This document shows, one piece after another, positions 29,294-36,874 of a DNA stretch of 64,000 bases. Made by a program: the position numbers and the translations under genes. The notes below the pieces were generated by a model, which made no database searches, was not told where the DNA came from, and saw nothing but the letters and a program-made list of their open reading frames with translations. Source of the DNA: Verrucomicrobiota bacterium (GTDB taxonomy: Bacteria; Verrucomicrobiota; Verrucomicrobiia; Limisphaerales; CANJSG01); assembly GCA_038209745.1 (NCBI GenBank), contig JBBQXJ010000004.1:37882-101881 (forward strand). The letters are read 5' to 3'. Position 1 is the stretch's first letter. Every line of letters begins with the position of its first letter.

Positions 29294-30666
29294 AGCCCCA
29301 TTCTTCCCGCTGGCCCGTGGCCAACGTGCTGGACATCCGGCCCGGCCACCCGCGCAAGCTGTGGCACTTCTCCGTCGACAAGCAGAAGCCGCAGCTCCGC
29401 GAAGACCGGGTCGTCGAAGACGAAGGTCCCATCTCCCAGGAAATCGTTGGCAAAGACTGGCGGGCCGCCGTCCAAAAGCGGCTGAACATCGCCTGGCTCC
29501 CGGCCGAACGGATCTTCCTCCGCGCCCTCCAACTTCCCCTGTGCGACGAGGGCGAACTCGCCCCGATGCTGGAGCTCCAGCTGGAAAAGCTTTCCCCCCT
29601 GCCCGTCGGCCAGGTCGTCTGGACCCATCTCCGTCTGCCGGGCGGCCTCGAAAACCAGCAGACCATCCTCCTCGTCATCCTGCCCCGGGCCGCAGTGGAA
29701 CAATTCCTCGGGGTTCTGGAAGCCCAGGGCTTCAACGCCGACCGGCTGGATCTTCCCATCCTCGACCAGTTGCTGGCGCTCCAGCCCGCCTCCGACAGCG
29801 CCTGGCTCGTCCCGATCAACGCCACCACGTCGCTCGCCGCTTGGTGGGCCAACGGTGCCTGGCAAAACATCTCCCTCCTCGGCACCGCGTCCGTCGCCGA
29901 CCGCGCCAAAGCCCTCCGCAACCAGATCGCCCAGATCCAGTGGGCCGGTGAACTCGAAGGCTGGCTCCTCGCCGAGCCCGATTGGCATCTGGTCGGAGGA
30001 CCCGAGACCATCAACGAATGGGAGCCTGCGGTCGCCGAAGCCCTCGGCAAATCGCCCGAAGTCCAGCCACCGCCGGCACCGGCCGAGCTGGCCACTCGCT
30101 GCGCCGAGCGTGCGCTGCGTTCCGGCAACGCCGCCGCGCTCCTTCCGTCCGAACGCGCCCTAGCCTACCAACAGCAGCTCAACAACCGCCTTTGGATCGG
30201 TGCTCTTGGCGCCGTCCTCAGCGCCTACGTCATCGGCGTGATCCTCTACGTCGCCGCGCTCCAGGTGGTGAAGTTCCAGCAACAGCGCATCGACGCCAGC
30301 GTGCGGCAGATCGCCGGCAGCTACACCAACGCCTTCCAGATGAAGAAACGCGTCGAGATCCTCGAACAACAGGCCAACCTCAAGTTTGCCGCTCTCGATG
30401 CCTGGAAGACCGCCGCCGTCGAGCTTCCCCAGGAACTTCAGCTCTCGTCCCTCGTCATCTCCGGCGGCAAGAAAATGACGCTCTTCGGCACCGGCCCGGA
30501 ATCGGCCCAAACCAAGGTGACCGACTACAACGAGCGCCTCGCAAAAACGACGATCAACGGCCAGAAGGTCTCCGTCACGCCGCCCGACCAACGCCTGAGC
30601 GGCTCCCCCGGCAACCAGACGTTGAACTGGAACTTCGCCGTCACCATCGGGGAGGACAGCAAGTGA
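29278..30666 (+). CDS. Putative GspL / PilM-PilN-like assembly platform protein
   Basis: Cytoplasmic domain, one TM, coiled coil and short periplasmic domain; overlaps gspE and the next gene. Confidence 0.55.
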   Translation: MGEKLKPHSSRWPVANVLDIRPGHPRKLWHFSVDKQKPQLREDRVVEDEGPISQEIVGKDWRAAVQKRLNIAWLPAERIFLRALQLPLCDEGELAPMLELQLEKLSPLPVGQVVWTHLRLPGGLENQQTILLVILPRAAVEQFLGVLEAQGFNADRLDLPILDQLLALQPASDSAWLVPINATTSLAAWWANGAWQNISLLGTASVADRAKALRNQIAQIQWAGELEGWLLAEPDWHLVGGPETINEWEPAVAEALGKSPEVQPPPAPAELATRCAERALRSGNAAALLPSERALAYQQQLNNRLWIGALGAVLSAYVIGVILYVAALQVVKFQQQRIDASVRQIAGSYTNAFQMKKRVEILEQQANLKFAALDAWKTAAVELPQELQLSSLVISGGKKMTLFGTGPESAQTKVTDYNERLAKTTINGQKVSVTPPDQRLSGSPGNQTLNWNFAVTIGEDSK

Positions 30667-31268
30667 TCCGTTTCCTCGAAAAACTGAACCTCAAGCCGCA
30701 CGAAATCCGCGTCGTCGTCGCCATCGGCCTCGTCGTTTTCGTCTTCTTGAACATCTGGTTCGTCTTTCCGCTGTTTCCGCAGTGGGCGAAGACCAAGAAG
30801 GCCATCAAGTTCGCCACCCAGGACTACGTGACCTATCAACGCGAAATCGGCCGAGTCCCCGGCCCCGCCGGCTACGAAGCCCGTCTTAAAAAGCTGGAGG
30901 GAGACGGTGCTGCCATCCTCCCCGAAGAATACGCCGTCCAGCTCATCCGCACCATCCAAGCCGCCGCTTCGGCCAACGGCATCGTGACTCAGAGCATCCA
31001 AACTTCGGGTCGTGGTGCCGCCACCGCCTCACCCGGTGACGTCTTCGAGGAACAGTCCGTCAACCTGACCTTCAACAACGCCGACGAAAAGCAGCTGCTC
31101 GACTTCATGTATGAACTCAGCAACGGAAAGTCGCTCATCCGGGTCCGGGACATGAACGTCAAACCGGAGGCCACCAAGACCAGGCTCTCGGGCACACTCA
31201 CCCTCACCGCCAGCTTTCAGAAGAACAGCCTGACCAAGAAGTCGGCGACCACCGTCGCCAATAAATAA
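30663..31268 (+). CDS. Putative GspM/PilO-like protein
   Basis: GTGA overlap with upstream stop; N-terminal TM, coiled coil, LLDFMYEL..LIRVRDMNVKP pattern. Confidence 0.6.
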   Translation: MIRFLEKLNLKPHEIRVVVAIGLVVFVFLNIWFVFPLFPQWAKTKKAIKFATQDYVTYQREIGRVPGPAGYEARLKKLEGDGAAILPEEYAVQLIRTIQAAASANGIVTQSIQTSGRGAATASPGDVFEEQSVNLTFNNADEKQLLDFMYELSNGKSLIRVRDMNVKPEATKTRLSGTLTLTASFQKNSLTKKSATTVANK

Positions 31269-31273
31269 TTTCC

Positions 31274-33487
31274 GTGAAAACCACCGCCGCACTTCTTCTC
31301 GGATCGCTCCTCGCCGCCACGGCGGGTGCTCAAACCGATCTCACCGTTCCCGCGCCGCCCGCCACGAACAGCCCCGGCAACGTCCCGGCGCAGACCGTGC
31401 CGACCCGCCGGCCGTTTCCCGCCCGGGCCGCCGCGGCCCAGGCTGTCCCGGCAGTTCCGGCTGCGGTGGCCTCGACGATTCCCGCCCCGGGGGCCGCCGC
31501 CGCGCCCGCCCCGACGGCCGGACCCGCCTTTCCCTCGTTCCCCGGAAGCACGCCGGTCGCCCCCGCTGCTGGCGTCGTCCCACCGTCGGCAGAAGGCGAC
31601 ACCATCCCCGCCGGCGAAGAAGTGCCCAGCATCCGTTTCAGCGCGGAGGCCGCTCCGTTGGCCCAGGTCCTGGACAAATATTTCGAACTGGTTGAAAAAA
31701 CCCCGATCTACGGCGGACAGACCTCGCCACTGAACGTCAATCTCGACACCACAAAAATCCTGCTCAAGGCCCCGCGGCCGATGACGAGGAAGGAGGCCAT
31801 CGTCTATCTTGAAACGACGCTCGGGATGAACGGAATCACCCTCGTGCCCATCGGGGCAAAGTTCGTGAAGGTCGTGCCCGACACCGGCGTGGCCCAAGCC
31901 GGCGGCGAATTCTCCAAACTGAAGGCGGACGAGCTGCCCGACTCCGGCGCGGTCATCCAACAGATCATCCAGCTGAAATACGCCGCCATGGAGGATGTCC
32001 TCGCGGTCATCCAGCCGTTCGCCAAGACGCCGAACAGCATCATCCAGATCCCCAGCACCCAGACCCTCGTGCTCCGCGACTACACGGAGAACGTGAAGCG
32101 CATGCTGGAGGTCATCGCGAAGATCGACACGATCTCGGAGATGGAGATCAAGCCCGAGATCATTCCGATCAAATACGCCCTGGCCGCCGACATCGCCAAC
32201 GTCCTCGGCACCCTCAGCCCCAGCGGCTCCGGCACCACGGTCGGACAGTCCACCCGGACTTCCGGCCTTGGCGGCAGCCGCTCGGGCTCCAGCAGTCGCG
32301 GCGGTGGCTCCTCGTTCGGAAACCGAGGAGGCTCGTCCGGTGGTTACGGAGGAGGAGGAGGAGGATTCGGCGGACAGGTCAACTCGCTCCAGAACAACCG
32401 CACCACCGTCAATCGGGGCGGGGGCGGCCTCCCCGGTGCGAACAACTTCCAGAGCAACCTGCGCAATATCATCCAGCGCGCAGCGGGTGGCGGAGAGTTC
32501 GAGATCCTCGGCAACGTGAAGATCATCGCGGACGAGAGGACCAACTCCCTGCTTATCTTTGCCAGCAACACCGACATGATCATGGTCAAGTCCATCATCG
32601 AGAAGCTGGACGTCGTCCTCGCCCAAGTGCTGATCGAATCGATCATCATGGAGGTCAGCCTCAACAACACCCTCGACTACGGGGTGAGCGTCTACCAACC
32701 GCCCAAAACCACCGGCAAGTTCACCGGCGGCGGCGGCGCCAACAACGGCGGAATCTTCGGAGTGTTGACCAACATTTCCAGCCCTCCCTCCGGCTTCGGC
32801 TACACCGGCACCTGGGGCAACGACCTCGAAGTGGCGGTCAGAGCGGTGGCCGGGAATGGCGACATCAACGTCCTCTCCCGTCCCCGGGTCCAGACCTCCC
32901 ACGCCGTCCCTGCCACGCTGCGCATCGGCGAACAATATCCCCTGGTCACCGGCACCATCACCGACATCAACGGCGGCTCCCGTTCGCAGTATCAGCAGAC
33001 CTTCATCGGCATCGATCTGGAGATTCTCCCGCTGATCAATCCGGACGGCCTCGTCGTCATGGACATCACCCAGGACATCCAGCAGCGCGGCGACAGCGTC
33101 GTGATCGATCGCAACCCCGTTCCTACCACCACCCAGCGCGCCGCGACCGCCAAGGTCGCCGTCAGGGACCGCGAAATCGTCGCGTTGGGCGGGTTCATCC
33201 GGAATGATCGCAGCAGCACCGTGTCGGGCGTGCCTCTCCTGAAGGACATCCCGGGCCTCGGCGCCCTCTTCCGCAGCACCAACAAGAGCAACCGCCGCAC
33301 GGAGATGATGGTCCTGATCAAGCCCACCGTGCTCAAGACCCCGGAAGCGGCTTCACAGGCCGCGATGGACATGAAGGACGAAATGCCCTCGCTCAAAGCG
33401 TCAACCGACCAAGCACGGGTCGAAGAACGCAAAGCCGCCCGGGCCGCAGAGTTGGAGACCCGCCGCAAGCTCGGCCTGAAGGATTGA
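31274..33487 (+). CDS. gspD: GspD-like secretin
   Basis: Signal peptide, Pro/Ala linker, N-domains (IIQLKYA, IADERTNSLLI), QVLIESIIMEV, GVPLLKDIPGLGALFRS, MVLIKPTV. Confidence 0.88.
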   Translation: MKTTAALLLGSLLAATAGAQTDLTVPAPPATNSPGNVPAQTVPTRRPFPARAAAAQAVPAVPAAVASTIPAPGAAAAPAPTAGPAFPSFPGSTPVAPAAGVVPPSAEGDTIPAGEEVPSIRFSAEAAPLAQVLDKYFELVEKTPIYGGQTSPLNVNLDTTKILLKAPRPMTRKEAIVYLETTLGMNGITLVPIGAKFVKVVPDTGVAQAGGEFSKLKADELPDSGAVIQQIIQLKYAAMEDVLAVIQPFAKTPNSIIQIPSTQTLVLRDYTENVKRMLEVIAKIDTISEMEIKPEIIPIKYALAADIANVLGTLSPSGSGTTVGQSTRTSGLGGSRSGSSSRGGGSSFGNRGGSSGGYGGGGGGFGGQVNSLQNNRTTVNRGGGGLPGANNFQSNLRNIIQRAAGGGEFEILGNVKIIADERTNSLLIFASNTDMIMVKSIIEKLDVVLAQVLIESIIMEVSLNNTLDYGVSVYQPPKTTGKFTGGGGANNGGIFGVLTNISSPPSGFGYTGTWGNDLEVAVRAVAGNGDINVLSRPRVQTSHAVPATLRIGEQYPLVTGTITDINGGSRSQYQQTFIGIDLEILPLINPDGLVVMDITQDIQQRGDSVVIDRNPVPTTTQRAATAKVAVRDREIVALGGFIRNDRSSTVSGVPLLKDIPGLGALFRSTNKSNRRTEMMVLIKPTVLKTPEAASQAAMDMKDEMPSLKASTDQARVEERKAARAAELETRRKLGLKD

Positions 33488-33518
33488 TCAAAGTTCGGGC
33501 CTGAACTCAAAACGCGAG

Positions 33519-33547
33519 AAAGCGCAGGCGTTGTGCCTGCGCTTTTT
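33519..33547 (+). terminator. Rho-independent terminator after secretin
   Basis: aaagcgcaggc-gttgt-gcctgcgcttttt. Confidence 0.75.
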
Positions 33548-33584
33548 CCTTGGTGGCCGCCCACCGCGAACCAGTTCGTTCTTC

Positions 33585-33932
33585 TCAGTTCAAAACGTGA
33601 CCCGGGATCGTGCAGGTGACGTTCGTCCCGATATGACCGTAGGAATACGTGCCGCCCGCCGGGCACTCCGGAGCGACCCGGATGTAGAGCGCCGAACCCA
33701 CAAGATCGGCCTCCAAGGCAACATCGCCGTTCTTCTTGCCGTTCTCCATGCCCCAAATCTGTTTGGCGGCCTCGATCTGCGTCATGTTCTCGATGCAGAC
33801 GTTGTAGGCGGCCAATTCACGGGACTTGCGGAAATTCGGAATCGCGATGGCGACCAACAGGCCAATGATGGCGACGACGATCATGATCTCGACCAACGTG
33901 AAGCCGGAGTGGGATGGGCGGAGATTTTTCAT
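33585..33932 (-). CDS. Short type IV pilin-like protein (paralogue 2)
   Basis: G|FTLVEIMIVVAIIGLL prepilin cleavage/methylation site; mature C36, C80, C97, H102. Confidence 0.9.
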   Translation of the reverse strand: MKNLRPSHSGFTLVEIMIVVAIIGLLVAIAIPNFRKSRELAAYNVCIENMTQIEAAKQIWGMENGKKNGDVALEADLVGSALYIRVAPECPAGGTYSYGHIGTNVTCTIPGHVLN

Positions 33933-33971
33933 GGGATTATCGGTTTATCGGCAATGCGACCACACCTCGAA

Positions 33972-33988
33972 AGCAGGAACGGTTCCGC
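33972..33988 (-). promoter_or_regulatory. Candidate sigma-54 (-24/-12) promoter for pilin paralogue 2
   Basis: Minus strand GCGGAACCGTTCCTGCT, exact GG-N10-GC spacing, about 40 nt upstream of ATG. Confidence 0.4.
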
Positions 33989-34045
33989 TTCCATTCCTTG
34001 GAACCATCCGTTTCTTCGCTCGCGTCACACCGACCTCCAAAAACT

Positions 34046-34077
34046 AAAAAACCCGCCAAAGCAGCGCTTCGGCGGGG
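34046..34077 (-). terminator. Rho-independent terminator after pilin paralogue 1
   Basis: Minus strand cccgccgaagc-gct-gctttggcggg-TTTTTT. Confidence 0.8.
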
Positions 34078-34102
34078 CAAGAAGGGCTGAAAACTCGATC
34101 GC

Positions 34103-34462
34103 TCAGATCGAGTGGCCCGCGACCGTGCAGGTCGGCACGTTCGAGACCGTGGTCAGTCCATAGGTGCCGCCCGCCGGGCAGGTCAGATCCGTGTTGATCA
34201 GGGGGCGAATACCCTTGTCGGCTCCTCCCGAGACATCACCGACGGTGACGGCTGCGGAGGGACCCTTCTTGGTCTCAAGCGCCCACATTTCGATCGCGCC
34301 CTGAATCTGCTTCAGATTGGCGATGCACGCGTTCGTCTGGGCCGTGGTGCGGGCCTTGACGAAGTTGGGAATGGCGATGGCGGCCAGCAATCCGATGATG
34401 GCGACGACGATCATGATCTCGACCAGAGTGAAGCCTGAGCGACGAGTGGACTGAATCTTCAT
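34103..34462 (-). CDS. Short type IV pilin-like protein (paralogue 1, probable major pilin)
   Basis: G|FTLVEIMIVVAIIGLLAAIAIPNF; own terminator; mature C36, C85, C102, H107. Confidence 0.9.
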   Translation of the reverse strand: MKIQSTRRSGFTLVEIMIVVAIIGLLAAIAIPNFVKARTTAQTNACIANLKQIQGAIEMWALETKKGPSAAVTVGDVSGGADKGIRPLINTDLTCPAGGTYGLTTVSNVPTCTVAGHSI

Positions 34463-34657
34463 GGTTACGATTTTGTTGGTTTTCCGGAGCGGAACGCCGC
34501 GTGGCGCCAGCAGCTACGGGAGTTTGCATCATGTCCGTGATTTGGCCAGTTTCGTGTGCCTGTCCGCCAGCTCACGGCCAGCTTCCCGTGAAAACGCCAC
34601 CGAACTTGAAAAGTTGCGCCTTTTCTCTGCCCTGTCCGTTCTGGGATAACCCCGCGC

Positions 34658-35614
34658 ATGAGTTTTTGGAAAGAACACAAGGTCTTCGTCGCCGGGCATC
34701 GCGGATTGGTTGGAAGTGCCATTTGGCGCGAGCTGGAGCGCCTCGGAGCCACCCGTTTGATCGGTAAAACCCGCAAGGAGCTCGATCTGCTCGACTTCCA
34801 TGCGGTGCGCGACTTCTACATCGCCGAAAAGCCCGACTACGTGTTCGTAGCGGCGGCCAAAGTGGGCGGCATCCTGGCCAACCACAATTTCCCTGCGGAT
34901 TTCCTCTACCAGAACCTCCAGATCCAGAACCACCTCATCGAAGGCGCCCGCCTCGGCGGCGCCAAGAAGCTGCTCTTCCTCGGCAGCTCCTGCATCTATC
35001 CGAAGTTCGCCGAACAGCCGATCAAGGAAGAATCGCTCCTGACCGCTCCGCTGGAACCGACCAACGAGTGGTATGCCATCGCCAAGATCGCCGGGATCAA
35101 GATGTGCCAGGCCTATCGTCGCCAATACGGCAGCGACTTCATCAGCGCCATGCCGACCAACATGTATGGCGACAATGACAACTACGACCTGAACAACTCG
35201 CACGTTCTGCCCGCATTGATCCGGAAATTCCACGACGCCAAAACCGCCAATTGTCCAACCGCCACCTGCTGGGGAACCGGTTCGCCGCTGCGGGAATTCC
35301 TGCACTCCGACGACCTCGCCAGAGCGTGTGTCTTCCTGATGGAGAACTTCAGCGACGAGACCCACATCAACGTCGGTTCCGGCTCCGAGGTGACGATCCA
35401 GGCGCTGGCGGAACTGGTCGGGAAGGTCGTTGGATTCGCCGGTGAAATCGTCTGGGACAAGACCAAACCCGACGGCACCCCGCGCAAGCTGATGGACAGC
35501 TCCAAGCTCTTCGCGCTGGGCTGGAGGCCCCAAGTCGATCTGGAACTGGGCATCCGAATGGCCTACGCCGACTTCCAGCGGCAGCAGGAACGCGGCGCGC
35601 TGATCACTCGCTGA
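34658..35614 (+). CDS. fcl: GDP-L-fucose synthase
   Basis: AGHRGLVG, AAAKVGGI, GSSCIYP, YAIAK, MPTNMYG, SHVLPALIRK, PDGTPRKLMD. Confidence 0.95.
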   Translation: MSFWKEHKVFVAGHRGLVGSAIWRELERLGATRLIGKTRKELDLLDFHAVRDFYIAEKPDYVFVAAAKVGGILANHNFPADFLYQNLQIQNHLIEGARLGGAKKLLFLGSSCIYPKFAEQPIKEESLLTAPLEPTNEWYAIAKIAGIKMCQAYRRQYGSDFISAMPTNMYGDNDNYDLNNSHVLPALIRKFHDAKTANCPTATCWGTGSPLREFLHSDDLARACVFLMENFSDETHINVGSGSEVTIQALAELVGKVVGFAGEIVWDKTKPDGTPRKLMDSSKLFALGWRPQVDLELGIRMAYADFQRQQERGALITR

Positions 35615-35617
35615 AAC

Positions 35618-35714
35618 GGTGCTCGGACGGTCCCGTCCGCGAGACCGCGTCCCAGTGCCCTTCGGCCCCAATTCAATTCTCAGCGGAACTCGCGGACGAG
35701 GCCGTCGGCGCTCC
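35618..35714. repeat. REPIN-like element (GGAG-type 26-bp inverted arms)
   Basis: ggtgctcggacggtcccgtccgcgag (35618-35643) versus reverse complement of 35689-35714 ggagcgccgacggcctcgtccgcgag. Confidence 0.7.
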
Positions 35715-35720
35715 TCCAAT

Positions 35721-35755
35721 AAAAAAAGGCGCGGAATCGCTTCCGCGCCTTTTTT
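35721..35755. terminator. Bidirectional terminator between fcl and gmd
   Basis: aaaaaaaggcgcggaa-tcgc-ttccgcgcctttttt. Confidence 0.85.
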
Positions 35756-35775
35756 CATTGAGATTGATAAGTCGC

Positions 35776-36789
35776 TCAGGTCGTCAGCTTCGTCCGGCCT
35801 TCGCGGTGCGCCTTCAGCAGGGCCACGTCGGAATCGACCATCAGCCTGGCCAGTTCGTGCATCTTGGTCTTCGGTTCCCAGCCCAGCTTCTTCTTCGCCT
35901 TGCTGTAGTCGCCGATGAGCAGGTCCACTTCGGCGGGACGGAAGTACTTGGGATCGATCTCCACGTATTTTTGCCAATCCAAGCCGACATGCCCGAAGGA
36001 TGTTTCGAGGAATTCCTTGATGGAGTAGGTCTCGTTGGTGGCCAGAACGTAGTCGTCCGGCTCGTCCTGCTGGAGCATGAGCCACATGCCCTCGACGTAT
36101 TCCTTCGCATAGCCCCAGTCGCGTTTGGAGTCGAGGTTGCCGAGGAAGATCTTGTCCTGAAGCCCCGCGAGGATGTGGGCCACGGCGCGGGTGATCTTGC
36201 GCGTCACGAACGTCTCACCACGGCGCGGCGACTCGTGGTTGAAGAGGATGCCGTTGCTGGCGTGCAGGCCGTAGGACTCGCGGTAGTTCACCGTGATCCA
36301 ATACGAGTACACCTTGGCCGCGCCATACGGACTGCGAGGATAAAATGGGGTGGTCTCCTTCTGGGGCACTTCCTGCACGAGACCGAACATCTCGCTCGAA
36401 GACGCCTGATAGAAGCGGGGCTTGATGCCGGCGTCGCGGATGGCTTCAAGCAAGCGGATCGTGCCCGTGCCGGTGATATCGGCGGTGTATTCCGGGCTGT
36501 CGAAGCTCACCCGCACATGGCTCTGGGCAGCGAGATTGTAGACCTCTTCCGGCTGGATCTTCGCGATGAGACGGGCAAGGTTGCTCGCATCCGAGAGATC
36601 TCCATAGTGGAGAAACAGCTTGTGCTTGGGGGCGTGCGGATCGCTGTAGATCGCGTCGAGCCGATGGGTATTGAAGGTGCTTGCCCGGCGGATGATGCCG
36701 TGGACTTCGTAGCCTTTGGAGAGCAGAAGCTCCGCGAGATAGGAACCGTCCTGTCCCGTGATGCCGGTGATGAGAGCCTTTTTAGCCAT
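35776..36789 (-). CDS. gmd: GDP-mannose 4,6-dehydratase
   Basis: [48 protein letters not shown]. Confidence 0.97.
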   Translation of the reverse strand: MAKKALITGITGQDGSYLAELLLSKGYEVHGIIRRASTFNTHRLDAIYSDPHAPKHKLFLHYGDLSDASNLARLIAKIQPEEVYNLAAQSHVRVSFDSPEYTADITGTGTIRLLEAIRDAGIKPRFYQASSSEMFGLVQEVPQKETTPFYPRSPYGAAKVYSYWITVNYRESYGLHASNGILFNHESPRRGETFVTRKITRAVAHILAGLQDKIFLGNLDSKRDWGYAKEYVEGMWLMLQQDEPDDYVLATNETYSIKEFLETSFGHVGLDWQKYVEIDPKYFRPAEVDLLIGDYSKAKKKLGWEPKTKMHELARLMVDSDVALLKAHREGRTKLTT

Positions 36790-36874
36790 AATTTCGAAGC
36801 GGAACTAACCAATGTCCGCTGCTGCAAGCAAGCTCGGATCATCCGCTTCCCGGCTTGAGCGAATCCGCACGGAA

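Noticed and set aside
32348..32365. (GGA)6 tract in the secretin gene as a phase-variation site
   Set aside because: In-frame poly-Gly within a Gly/Ser-rich loop; slippage would not shift the frame
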